In this document: positions 18,001 through 27,170 of the stretch, piece after piece
Position numbering within the stretch: the stretch's first letter is position 1
Layout: the number at the start of each line of letters is the position of its first letter
Assembly (NCBI GenBank): GCA_038238555.1
Contig: JBBRXP010000001.1
Location: forward strand, 2,217 to 66,216
DNA length: 64,000 bases
Direction: 5' to 3'
Origin: Chthoniobacterales bacterium
GTDB taxonomy: Bacteria > Verrucomicrobiota > Verrucomicrobiia > Chthoniobacterales > Chthoniobacteraceae
Notes under the pieces: generated by a model
The model's database searches: none
What the model saw: only the letters and a program-made list of their open reading frames with translations
Told to the model about the DNA's origin: nothing
Translations under genes and position numbers: made by a program

Positions 18001-20061
18001 TCATGGCTCCACATTGATGAGCACGCGCACGGAGCCACCGCTGCTCAACGCAAGGCCGCGCAGGCCCACACCGGGCAGTGCGACTCCCGTGAAGGGCAGT
18101 ACTTTTCCGGCGGTGGTGGCGGAAAGGAAACTGCCGGTCACCGCGCCGGTCGAATTATTCACGACGAGCGAGAGCTTGCGCGGATTTGGAAGCACCGGCG
18201 TGGCCTTGGCGGGGCCGGCGAGCGTGACGGTGTGCGTGAGCGCCTCGATGCCGCCGCCAGCGGCGCTGAACACTAGATCGCCCACCGCCCCGAAGGGCGT
18301 GTCTTCCTCGATTGTCGGCGGAACGGTCGGATCGGGATCGCGAAACACGACGCGAAAGCCGGGAAGGAAAGTGGCGCCGTGCGTGGGATGCAGCACCGCA
18401 AACCCCGCTGCGAACGGAGCCGTTCCGCCCACGGCACGCCGCCAATCGAGGGTGCCGGTAAATTCGCCGGATGAGTCGCCGGTGTCTGGATCGTCACTCA
18501 CCGTCACCGTGCCGGTGCACAAGGCGTAGGTGCCTTTCGGAGTTCCGGTGAAGAGCAGAGCCACGCCGTTGTCGTCATCCAGGAGACCCGACGCGGAGAA
18601 CGAGGAACCGTCCGCAAGTTTCCCCGCGAGCTTGATGGTGCCGAGCTTGCCGAGCAGGCCGGTCGCCCAGGAGAAGCCTTCGGGCGTGCCCGCCGGCGGA
18701 GCGCCCACGCTTTCGTCGCCGGCACTCGCCACCACTTTGATGTCGTTGCTGGCGAAAAGATTTTCCTTGCTCCAGGTCGAGCGCGACGCGGCTACGGCCG
18801 CGCTCTCGGCGCCGGCTTGCAAGGTGCCGGTGATGTTAAGAGTGCCGCCCGTCAGATCCAACGCGAGATCGAGATGCCAGCCGACCTTGCCGACGATGGC
18901 GACTGATGCCACACCCGCTGGACTGAAGACGCCCTTGAATGAATACGCGCCGCCGCCGAGCAGGAGCTTGCCGGTGAAGACGCCGTCCTTCGTGCTCGTA
19001 ACAAGGACGGTGCCCGAGAGCGCCGTGCTCCCGGCGCGGGTCACCGTGCCCAGCCACGACGCGGCGAGCGGCTTGTAAAATACCTTCACCGTCATGGGCC
19101 GCGCCGCGTTGCCTTCCATGTCCTGCACTTGAAAGACCAGCGTGTTCTCGGGCAGCGGCAGCCCGACCTCGCCCGTCAAATACCCGGTGCCGAAATATTC
19201 TTCGAGCGGTTGAGGCGTGCCTCCGTTCACGGTCACGGTGCTCGGTCCGAGGTTGCCGGGCTCGTTGGTTTTCACCGTGATCGGCACACTGCTGCGCGGG
19301 CTCACGTAATTGTTCACCGGCGCGATCACGGCCACTGTGGGCGGCACGAAATCCAGCGCGCCCATGGCGCTGCCGGTGTAGAGGTCGCCGTCGAAGAGCG
19401 GTTCATCGACGGGGCCGATGGTCTTGTGCGTCGTGCGGCCCGAGCCCTTGAAATGCACCAGCCGGCTGCCCGTGGCGTCGCCAAATGTCAATTCCAACGG
19501 CACCGTGCCGGATGGCGACTCAACGAGCCCGCCGGCGATGATGAGCGCATGACCGAAGCCCGCCTCGCCGGAGAGCGAGTCCGAGACAGTCACCGTCACC
19601 CGCGCCGCCGACCACGCCACCGTGCAATGACCGTGCACGGTGATGCGGCCGGTGTCGGGATTTTCTTCCGTGTCGAAGTAAAAGATCACCGATTTCCTCG
19701 CAAAGCTGCCTGCGTCCGGCGCGCCAAATGAGCCCGAGATCTCGGAGTCGCCGATCTTCACGCTGAAGGTGGAAGTCTCGCTCAGCGTCGCAAGGTCGAA
19801 GCCATCGAGCGGCACGGTAAGAGTCGCGCTCAAGGAATAAGCGCCGGTCTGTTTGGCGACCCGCATGTTGTCGGTCGGGTCCGTGGGATCGCCGATGTCG
19901 GTGACGACGATCGCGCCATCGGTGTAGCTCTCGTGCATTGAGCCGGAGGGTTTGGACTTCGCAGCCGGATTGTTAAACAGGTCGAGCTGTGCGTGCAATG
20001 CGGTGCAAAAAAAGGCGAAACTTGCAGCGAGACCGCGGGCGATGAAGGGAGGGATTTTCAT
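18001..20061 (-). CDS. Hypothetical secreted beta-rich protein (686 aa)
   Basis: ORF 18001..20265 trimmed to ATG 20061 (MKIPPFIARGLAASFAFFCTALHA signal peptide). The sequence is Gly/Thr/Ser-rich with repeated GTL../GKL.. strands. I recognise no family. Confidence 0.6.
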   Translation of the reverse strand: MKIPPFIARGLAASFAFFCTALHAQLDLFNNPAAKSKPSGSMHESYTDGAIVVTDIGDPTDPTDNMRVAKQTGAYSLSATLTVPLDGFDLATLSETSTFSVKIGDSEISGSFGAPDAGSFARKSVIFYFDTEENPDTGRITVHGHCTVAWSAARVTVTVSDSLSGEAGFGHALIIAGGLVESPSGTVPLELTFGDATGSRLVHFKGSGRTTHKTIGPVDEPLFDGDLYTGSAMGALDFVPPTVAVIAPVNNYVSPRSSVPITVKTNEPGNLGPSTVTVNGGTPQPLEEYFGTGYLTGEVGLPLPENTLVFQVQDMEGNAARPMTVKVFYKPLAASWLGTVTRAGSTALSGTVLVTSTKDGVFTGKLLLGGGAYSFKGVFSPAGVASVAIVGKVGWHLDLALDLTGGTLNITGTLQAGAESAAVAASRSTWSKENLFASNDIKVVASAGDESVGAPPAGTPEGFSWATGLLGKLGTIKLAGKLADGSSFSASGLLDDDNGVALLFTGTPKGTYALCTGTVTVSDDPDTGDSSGEFTGTLDWRRAVGGTAPFAAGFAVLHPTHGATFLPGFRVVFRDPDPTVPPTIEEDTPFGAVGDLVFSAAGGGIEALTHTVTLAGPAKATPVLPNPRKLSLVVNNSTGAVTGSFLSATTAGKVLPFTGVALPGVGLRGLALSSGGSVRVLINVEP

Positions 20062-20440
20062 AAACGCGCGCTTGTAGCAGCGCGCGCCTTCGGCCGTCAA
20101 CCGACCTTTTGGCTTCAAAGCTGATCGCGATTTCGCGCCGGCGCTGCCGGATGCGCCGCGGAGCGCGACGATCGTGGAAGACGGCGATGACGATCGCAGT
20201 GCTTTTACGAACCACGTAATAGATGGCGTAGAAGCCGAAACGCTTGAGCGGCGCGCGCCGAACATCGCGGAAGCGGAGGCGGTGATGGAGAGCGTGCGCA
20301 GCCAGCGAAAGCGTCACAACATCGGCCTCCTCGACCAGAGCGCGTGGCAGTCCGGCGCCTGGATTCTGCTCCTCATACCAGAGGCCGGCTGCGATCAGGT
20401 CGTCGCTAACGATGTCGAGCCTTCGCAGCGAGAAGCTCAT
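19973..20440 (-). CDS. ParE/RelE-family toxin with an unusual ~55-aa C-terminal extension
   Basis: MSFSLRRLDIVSDDLIAAGLWYEEQNPG...FGFYAIYYVVRKSTAIVIAVFHDRR matches the ParE-like toxin at 53609..53905. The ORF only stops at 19973, overlapping the next gene start (20061) by 89 nt. Confidence 0.7.
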   Translation of the reverse strand: MSFSLRRLDIVSDDLIAAGLWYEEQNPGAGLPRALVEEADVVTLSLAAHALHHRLRFRDVRRAPLKRFGFYAIYYVVRKSTAIVIAVFHDRRAPRRIRQRRREIAISFEAKRSVDGRRRALLQARVYENPSLHRPRSRCKFRLFLHRIARTARPV

Positions 20441-20675
20441 CAAGTGCTTTAATTACGGATTCCTTGGTGCCTTCCCACGGCACTGCGAGCGACGGGTCGG
20501 CATCGAGCGCATCGAGGCGGCGATCGAGCTCTGCGCGCTGGCCGGCGGAGAGTTCACCATCGTCCGCGTCCGCCGGCTCGAAGGTGGTGCGATAGGTGTC
20601 GAACCATTCAGCGAATTTCGCGAGTTCCTCAGCGCTCAAGTTGCGAACCGTTTGCTCGAGTTGCTGGATGCTCAT
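20406..20675 (-). CDS. Addiction-module antitoxin component (partner of ParE/RelE toxin)
   Basis: MSIQQLEQTVRNLSAEELAKFAEWF...LSAGQRAELDRRLDALDADP is the typical 'putative addiction module component' pattern. It lies immediately upstream of and overlaps the toxin. Confidence 0.75.
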   Translation of the reverse strand: MSIQQLEQTVRNLSAEELAKFAEWFDTYRTTFEPADADDGELSAGQRAELDRRLDALDADPSLAVPWEGTKESVIKALDELLAAKARHR

Positions 20676-20731
20676 GCGCGCAGGCTAGCCGCATCTCTCG
20701 CACTCGCCACGCGAAAGGCGCGCGGGCCCGC

Positions 20732-22930
20732 TCACCGGCGGAAGACGAACTCCTTTGAATTCACCAGCGCCCACGCGAGGTCTTCGAGCGCGCGGCGTTG
20801 CTCGGTGCAATCTGCGAGATGCTGCGCAAAGCGTTCGGCCTCCACGGCACTGGGGGGGCGGGAGAGCGTGGTCCAGAAAAGTTCGTCCACGAGTTCGCGC
20901 GCGGGTTTGGTGCTCGCGGCCCAATCCGCGAGGCGGTTGTCTTTGCGCGTGAGTAGCCCATTGATCGCCGGGCCGCTGATGAGCTGGAAAGCTTGCACCA
21001 CGGTGGGCTCATTGGTGCGCTCGCACTCGGTGGCGATGAGCCGCGGCGGTTTGCCAAAAGCGAGCGCGAACCGGTCGAGGTCTGTCTTGATGGGATGGTA
21101 ATGCTTGCGGCCCTCGGGCACTTGCGCGAGGCGCGCGGCGTCCGGGTAGCCGTCGATCTCGAGCGGCGCTCCGAGCACGGCGCTCGTGGAGTCGAGCAGT
21201 TGCTCCGCCGTGAGCCGTCGCACGATGCCGCGCGAATGATTGGTCTCATCGCTCTCATTGGTCTCATTCGGCTCGCCGGAAAGTTGATAGACCCGCGAGC
21301 CCATGATCGTGCGGATGCAGTGCCGTAGGTCGTAGCCGCTCGTTTCAAAATCGCGCGCCAGAGCGTCGAGCAATTCGGGATGCGACGCCGGATTGCTCGC
21401 GCGGAAATCATCGACCGGATCGACCAGCCCGCGCCCGAGCAGATGGAACCACACGCGGTTGACCTGCATCCGCGCAAACATCGGCGAGCGCACGATCCAG
21501 TCGGCGAGCGCGAGCAACTCGTCGCGGTCCTTCGTGGTCTTCGGCGCCTCGCCGCCGAGGAAGCGCGGCGTCGCCGCTTCGCCGGTGCGCGGATTCATCA
21601 CGCTGGCCTTCGCTTTCAGCAGCACGATCTGGTCGCCCTTGAATTCCCGCGTGTCGCTTTTGTCCCGCTTGTCGTTCGACACGATCTTGTAGTCGAGCCG
21701 CGCGAAGAGACTGGTCCAGTCGTAGTAGTCGTCCTGCGTCCAGCGCTCGAAGGGATGATTGTGGCACTGCGCGCAATTGAGCTGCGTGCCGAGAAAAACG
21801 CGCGCGGTCTGCTCGGCGCGCGTGACTGGATCGCGATTGGCGCGCCACCAGTTCGCGGGCGGATTTTGATAAGTCGAGCCGCGCGCGGCGATGAGTTCGC
21901 GGGTGAAACGGTCGAGCGGTTTGTTCTCCGCGATGCTCTGGCGAATCCAGCCGTGGAAAATTTTCATCCCCTGCATGTCGAGCTGGCGCTCTTCGATCTT
22001 GAGCAAGTCGGCCCACTTCAGCGCCCAGAAATCCGCGAACTCACCTCGCTCGAGCAGAGCATCCACCAGCCGTGCGCGCTTGTCTGGCGCAGCATCGGCG
22101 GTGAATGCGCGCGCCTCTTGCGCGGTCGGCACGAGCCCGAGCAGATCGAGAAATGCGCGGCGCAGAAAGGTGGTGTCGTCGCAAAGCGCGGACGGGTTCA
22201 CGCGCAGCGTGCGCAGCTTTTTGAAGACGTGCCGGTCGATGAAATTGAATTCCGCCGGGGCGCTCCACACAAAGTCCGCGCGCGCCGGCACAAAGGCGAG
22301 ATGCACCGGCACTTGCCGGTCGAGGTAGCGCACGAGCACCGTGGACTCGCCCGCTTTCTCCCGCGTCACCGCGCCTTCCGCGGAGACTTTCGCGATCAGA
22401 TTATTCGGCTCGAAGACGGCGAGCCGTGTCACATCGCGCCGCTCGCCATCGGCAAACACCGCGACGGCTTGCACCTTCACTCCCGACTCCGGCTCGACGA
22501 GCACGCGCTCTCGCGGCGTCACCTCGAGCTTCACGAGCCGCGGTGCGTCGATGCCCGAATCGGGCGCGCCGTCGCGCAGCCACGCGAGCATCGCGTCGTA
22601 TTCCGGCGAGCCCGAGTCGAAGCGTTTGCCGCCCTCGTGCGCGACCGACGCCGTCGCTTTCAAAAGGAGAAGGCTCTTCTCGGGATCGATGCCGTTCACG
22701 CGCCGCGTGCCCTGGTCGCGCGCGAGCGCCAGCCAGTCGAGCGCCGGATCCTGCCCGCGAAGCGAGAGCTTGAGCCCGCCTTTGCCCTGGCCGTTGCCGT
22801 GGCAGCCTCCGGCGTTGCACCCCGCCTTGCTTAACACCGCCATCACGTCGCGTCGAAACTCCACCGGCTCCGCGCGCGCGGCTACGATGGCGAAGGCGCA
22901 GAGGAGTCGCACGGGGAGTGAAGCGGACAT
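20732..22930 (-). CDS. DUF1549/DUF1553 (PSD1-type) protein with Ig-like insert
   Basis: It has a signal peptide. KAGCNAGGCHG lies near the N-terminus. The hallmark FLGTQLNCAQCHNHPFERWTQDDYYDW is present. 732 aa. Confidence 0.9.
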   Translation of the reverse strand: MSASLPVRLLCAFAIVAARAEPVEFRRDVMAVLSKAGCNAGGCHGNGQGKGGLKLSLRGQDPALDWLALARDQGTRRVNGIDPEKSLLLLKATASVAHEGGKRFDSGSPEYDAMLAWLRDGAPDSGIDAPRLVKLEVTPRERVLVEPESGVKVQAVAVFADGERRDVTRLAVFEPNNLIAKVSAEGAVTREKAGESTVLVRYLDRQVPVHLAFVPARADFVWSAPAEFNFIDRHVFKKLRTLRVNPSALCDDTTFLRRAFLDLLGLVPTAQEARAFTADAAPDKRARLVDALLERGEFADFWALKWADLLKIEERQLDMQGMKIFHGWIRQSIAENKPLDRFTRELIAARGSTYQNPPANWWRANRDPVTRAEQTARVFLGTQLNCAQCHNHPFERWTQDDYYDWTSLFARLDYKIVSNDKRDKSDTREFKGDQIVLLKAKASVMNPRTGEAATPRFLGGEAPKTTKDRDELLALADWIVRSPMFARMQVNRVWFHLLGRGLVDPVDDFRASNPASHPELLDALARDFETSGYDLRHCIRTIMGSRVYQLSGEPNETNESDETNHSRGIVRRLTAEQLLDSTSAVLGAPLEIDGYPDAARLAQVPEGRKHYHPIKTDLDRFALAFGKPPRLIATECERTNEPTVVQAFQLISGPAINGLLTRKDNRLADWAASTKPARELVDELFWTTLSRPPSAVEAERFAQHLADCTEQRRALEDLAWALVNSKEFVFRR

Positions 22931-23032
22931 CGCATAGAGAATACGCGGGGCGGCAAAAACCTTGAGTCTAAAAAGCGCCGTGAAAAAAACATCCTTCGAC
23001 CGGCCCGACCGCCGAGTTTACAAGGACTCAAC

Positions 23033-24409
23033 ATGAATCACGAACAGCCCTCCTCATTCCACACCTCCGAAAAAACATCGCGCCGGCAATTCCTCGCGCA
23101 CAGCGGCAAGATCGCCGCCGGCACGGCGCTCGCCGGCGTGGCGCTCCCGCCCGTGCACGGCGCCGAAGGCAGCGCCATCCAGCTCGCGCTCATCGGCAGC
23201 GGCAACCGCGGCAGCGGCGCGATCGCCAATGCCATGGAATCCAGCGGCGGTCCGGTGAAGCTCGTGGCGATGGCCGACCTTTTCGAGAACCGGCTGCGCG
23301 CCTCTCATCAGAATCTGCAGGCGAGCTTCAGCTACCGCGTGGACGTGCCGCCGGAGCGGCAGTTCATCGGCTTCGACGCTTTTAAGAAGGCTATCGACTG
23401 CCTGCGACCGGGCGCTGGCGACGTGGCGATGCTCACCGGCTACGCGGGCTTCCGCCCCGAGCAGCTCGAATACGCGGTGCAAAAGGGAGTGAACGTGTTC
23501 ATGGAAAAATCTTTCGCGACCGATCCGCCCGCGGTGCGGCGTGTCATCAATGCCGGCGAAGAGGCGGACAAAAAAGGAGTCAAGATTGCCGCCGGGCTCA
23601 TGTGCCGCCATTCGCGCAATCGCCAGGAGCTCATCAAGCGCATTCGCGACGGCGAGCTGGGCGAGATTCAACTCATCCGCGCCTACCGCATGGGCCCCAG
23701 CGGCCCGCTCGGGCCGCGGCCCGCGGCCACCGGCGACCTGGAGTGGCAACTGCGCAACTTCACGAAATTTCTGTGGGTCTCCGGCGGGCTCTTTGCCGAG
23801 ATGGACATCCACCAGATCGACGAGATCTGCTGGATCAAAGACGCATACCCGGTCTCCGCGCACGGCATCGGCGGCCGCGTCGCCGGCAGCACCGACACCA
23901 GCCAGAATCTCGATTCCTTCTCCATCGAGTGGACCTTTGCCGACGGCACCAAGGCCTACGACGTGGTGCGCTACATCCCGAAGTGCTACGCCGAATTCGA
24001 TACCTTCATTCACGGCACCAAACGCGCGGCGCAATTTTCCGGCAACATCCACGCCGGCACCGTGCACACTTACAAAGACCAGCGCTGCACGCGGGACAAC
24101 ATCGACTGGGAGGCGCCCGCTGAAGAGATCACTCCCTATCACGCGCAGTGGAACGATTTCCTCGACGCGATCCGCAACAACAAACCCTTCAACCAGGCCA
24201 AGCGCGCCGCCCTCTCGAACCTCGCCGACATCATGGGCCGCGCCGCCGTCCACATGGGCCGCATCGTGACGTGGGATGAAGCGATGGCGTCGAACTTCCG
24301 TTTCTTCCCGCAGATCGACAGCCTCACCTACGAGAGCGAGCCGCCTATCAAGGCTGACGCCGAAGGCCGCTATCCCGTGCCCGTGCCCGGCCGATGGACG
24401 GAAATCTAA
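23033..24409 (+). CDS. Gfo/Idh/MocA-family oxidoreductase with Tat leader
   Basis: Tat leader TSRRQFLAHSGKIAAGTALAG. Rossmann GxGxxG motif LALIGSGNRGSGA. 458 aa. Confidence 0.85.
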   Translation: MNHEQPSSFHTSEKTSRRQFLAHSGKIAAGTALAGVALPPVHGAEGSAIQLALIGSGNRGSGAIANAMESSGGPVKLVAMADLFENRLRASHQNLQASFSYRVDVPPERQFIGFDAFKKAIDCLRPGAGDVAMLTGYAGFRPEQLEYAVQKGVNVFMEKSFATDPPAVRRVINAGEEADKKGVKIAAGLMCRHSRNRQELIKRIRDGELGEIQLIRAYRMGPSGPLGPRPAATGDLEWQLRNFTKFLWVSGGLFAEMDIHQIDEICWIKDAYPVSAHGIGGRVAGSTDTSQNLDSFSIEWTFADGTKAYDVVRYIPKCYAEFDTFIHGTKRAAQFSGNIHAGTVHTYKDQRCTRDNIDWEAPAEEITPYHAQWNDFLDAIRNNKPFNQAKRAALSNLADIMGRAAVHMGRIVTWDEAMASNFRFFPQIDSLTYESEPPIKADAEGRYPVPVPGRWTEI

Positions 24410-24410
24410 A

Positions 24411-24450
24411 GGCACTCCGTAGCTGCGACGCCTTCGTCGCAGGAAGTGCC
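24411..24450. repeat. REP-like hairpin element, full unit
   Basis: GGCACTCCGTAGCTGCGACGCCTTCGTCGCAGGAAGTGCC. The 8-bp stem CTGCGACG/CGTCGCAG has a 4-nt loop. The outer arms are GGCACT/AGTGCC. It begins 2 nt after the oxidoreductase stop. Confidence 0.9.
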
Positions 24451-24515
24451 CGCGGCGCCTCGCCGCGTTTCGTTCCGGCTAAGGAAACCTGAGCCGGCAG
24501 AATGGTCGAATCGGC

Positions 24516-27152
24516 ATGTTTTCTCCCGCTCGCCCGCTGGCATTTTTTCTGACCGTGATTCCCCCGGCGTTGCTCCGCGCCGAGACTCGCGAGCTCACCT
24601 TCGAGCGCGATGTGCGACCGATCCTGAAGGCGCATTGCACGCAGTGCCACGGCGAGGAGGAGAAGCTGAGAGGCGGCGTGGATTTGCGGCTGCGGCGTTT
24701 CATGGACAAGGAACTCGACGGCGGCGAACACGTGCTCGTGCCGGGCAAGCCCGATGACAGCGAGATGGTGCGCCTCATCCGCGAAGGCGAGATGCCGAAG
24801 AAGGGGAAGAAAGTTTCCGCGGCGGAACTCACGGTGATCGAACAATGGATCGCGCAAGGCGCGAAGGCGACGAAGCCCGAGCCGGAGTCGCTGGCGGCGG
24901 GGCCGTTCATCACGGAGGACGATCGGGAGTTTTGGGCCTTCAAGCCCGTGGCGCCGCGCTCCGCGCCGGAAATCCGAAATCCGAAATCCGAAATCCGAAA
25001 TCCCATCGACGCCTTCGTCCTCGCCAAGCTTCGCGAGCAGAAGCTCGACTTCGCGCCCGAGGCCGACCGGCGCACACTCATCCGTCGGGTGACGCTCGAT
25101 CTCACCGGCCTGCTCCCGACGCCGGAGGAACTGGATGCCTTCCTCGCCGACAAGGCACCGAACGCCTACGAAAAAATCGTCGATCGGCTGCTCGCCTCAT
25201 CCGCTTACGGCGAACGCTGGGCGCGGCACTGGCTGGATGTGGCGGGCTACGCGGACTCGAACGGCTTTGCCGAAGCCGACTCCGTGCGGCTGCACGCCTG
25301 GCGTTACCGCGACTACGTCATCCGCGCTTTCAATGCCGACAAGCCGTGGAGCGACTTCATCGTCGAGCAGCTCGCCGGCGACGAACTGGCGGGCGCGACG
25401 CAGGCCGACACGCAGCAGGCCGTCCTCGATCCGAAGCGGCGCGACGATCTCATTGCGACGGCTTTTCTGCGCATGGCGCCCGATGGCACCGGCGACGAAG
25501 TGCCCGACGCGAAGCTCGCGCGCAATCAAGTCATCGCGGAGGAAATCAAGGTCGTGTCGTCGTCCCTGCTCGGGCTCACCGTCGGTTGCGCGCAATGCCA
25601 CGATCACCGTTACGATCCGATTCCGCAGGCTGACTATTATCGGCTGCGCGCGGTCTTCGAGCCGGCATTCAACTGGCAGGCGTGGCGGGCTCCGGCCCAG
25701 CGCCTCTACTCGCTCTACACACCCGAGGAGCGTGCGCGGGCCAATGAAATCGAGAAGCAAGTGGGCGACATCAATCGCGAGGCGCAGGCGATGAGCAAAA
25801 AATTCCTCGACGAGATTTTCGAAAAAGAAGTGGTGAAACTGCCCGAAGAAGAGCGCGAACCTTACCGCGCCGCGCGCGCGACGGCGGAGAAGGACCGCAC
25901 GCCCGAGCAGAAAGCGCTGATCAAAAAATACCCCTCGGCCCTCGCGCTCTACTCGTTGGATCTCTACGACAAGGACGCGCAGAAGAAGGTGGTCGAGAAG
26001 ACCGCCGAGGGAACCAAGCTGCGCGCGACGCGGCCGTCGGAAGGCATGGTCATGGCGTTGACCGAGCTTAAAGGTCCGGCGCCCGAGACCCACCTTTTCA
26101 ATCGCGGCGACCACGATCAACCGAAGCAAACGCTCACGCCGGGCGAACTCACCGTGCTCGCCTCGCCGCAGATCGAACCGTTCAAGCCGGAGCCGCAGCC
26201 ATCGGGCTCGACGGGCCGGCGGCTGGCCTACGCGCGCTGGCTCACGAGCGGGCGGCATCCGTTGGTCGCGCGCGTGCTCGTCAATCGGTTTTGGCTCCAT
26301 CATTTCGGTCGCGGCATCGTCAACACGCCGGGCGATTTCGGATTTCTCGGCGAGCGGCCCACGCACCCGGAGTTGCTCGACTGGCTGGCGAGCGAATTCA
26401 TGGCCGGCGGCTGGAAGCTCAAGCCGCTGCAGCGGCTCATGGTGCTGAGCACCGTTTACCGCCAGTCTTCGCGCAGCGATGCGTCGCTCAAGGCCGACCC
26501 GGATAACAAGCTCTACGGCCGCTTCAAGCTCCAGCGCCTCGACGCGGAAGCGCTGCGCGACTCGATGCTCGCCGCCGCCGGCTCGCTCAACCGCACCACA
26601 TTCGGCGAACCCATCGCCATCGCTCGCGATGCCGGCGGGCGCGTGATCGCCGGGCTGCAGAAGCTCGATACCAATCGCGATCCCGTGGGCGTCGAGAGCC
26701 TCGGCGGCGCGGAATTGCGCCGGAGCATTTATCTGCAAGTGCGCCGCAAGCAGCCGCTGACTCTGCTCGACACCTTCGACGCACCGACGATGGCGCCGAA
26801 TTGCGAAGCCCGGAACTGCACGACCGTCGCGCCGCAATCGCTGCTCTTGATGAACGACAGCTTCATCCTCGACACCTCGCGCACCCTCGCCACCCGGCTC
26901 CGCAACGAAGTGGCCGGCGATGCGCGCGGTCAGATCGCGAAAGCCTGGCGCACCCTCTATAGCCAGGAGCCGAAGGAGGCCGACGTGCTCCGCGCGCTCG
27001 CTTATCTCGCGGAGCAAACGGAAGCGGTGCGTTCCTACCATCACGGCATCCAGCACGCCGAGGATGCGCCGGCGCCCGATCCGCAGCTCGATGCGCTCGC
27101 GAGCCTCTGCCAGGTGCTTGTTAGCTCGAACCGTTTTCTCTATGTCGAATGA
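24516..27152 (+). CDS. Planctomycete-type cytochrome c + DUF1549/DUF1553 (PSD1) protein
   Basis: RPILKAHCTQCHGEEEKLRGGVDLR contains CTQCH at 24636-24650. NPIDAFVLAKL marks the DUF1549 start. LLGLTVGCAQCHDHRYDPIPQADYY is the DUF1553 hallmark. 878 aa. Confidence 0.9.
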   Translation: MFSPARPLAFFLTVIPPALLRAETRELTFERDVRPILKAHCTQCHGEEEKLRGGVDLRLRRFMDKELDGGEHVLVPGKPDDSEMVRLIREGEMPKKGKKVSAAELTVIEQWIAQGAKATKPEPESLAAGPFITEDDREFWAFKPVAPRSAPEIRNPKSEIRNPIDAFVLAKLREQKLDFAPEADRRTLIRRVTLDLTGLLPTPEELDAFLADKAPNAYEKIVDRLLASSAYGERWARHWLDVAGYADSNGFAEADSVRLHAWRYRDYVIRAFNADKPWSDFIVEQLAGDELAGATQADTQQAVLDPKRRDDLIATAFLRMAPDGTGDEVPDAKLARNQVIAEEIKVVSSSLLGLTVGCAQCHDHRYDPIPQADYYRLRAVFEPAFNWQAWRAPAQRLYSLYTPEERARANEIEKQVGDINREAQAMSKKFLDEIFEKEVVKLPEEEREPYRAARATAEKDRTPEQKALIKKYPSALALYSLDLYDKDAQKKVVEKTAEGTKLRATRPSEGMVMALTELKGPAPETHLFNRGDHDQPKQTLTPGELTVLASPQIEPFKPEPQPSGSTGRRLAYARWLTSGRHPLVARVLVNRFWLHHFGRGIVNTPGDFGFLGERPTHPELLDWLASEFMAGGWKLKPLQRLMVLSTVYRQSSRSDASLKADPDNKLYGRFKLQRLDAEALRDSMLAAAGSLNRTTFGEPIAIARDAGGRVIAGLQKLDTNRDPVGVESLGGAELRRSIYLQVRRKQPLTLLDTFDAPTMAPNCEARNCTTVAPQSLLLMNDSFILDTSRTLATRLRNEVAGDARGQIAKAWRTLYSQEPKEADVLRALAYLAEQTEAVRSYHHGIQHAEDAPAPDPQLDALASLCQVLVSSNRFLYVE
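24969..25003 (+). repeat. Tandem heptamer (GAAATCC) x5 inside the PSD1 coding sequence
   Basis: Read directly. It starts at codon E152 and translates as EIRNPKSEIRNP, just before the conserved NPIDAF block. Confidence 0.95.
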
Positions 27153-27170
27153 AAGCTCAGATACGGAACT

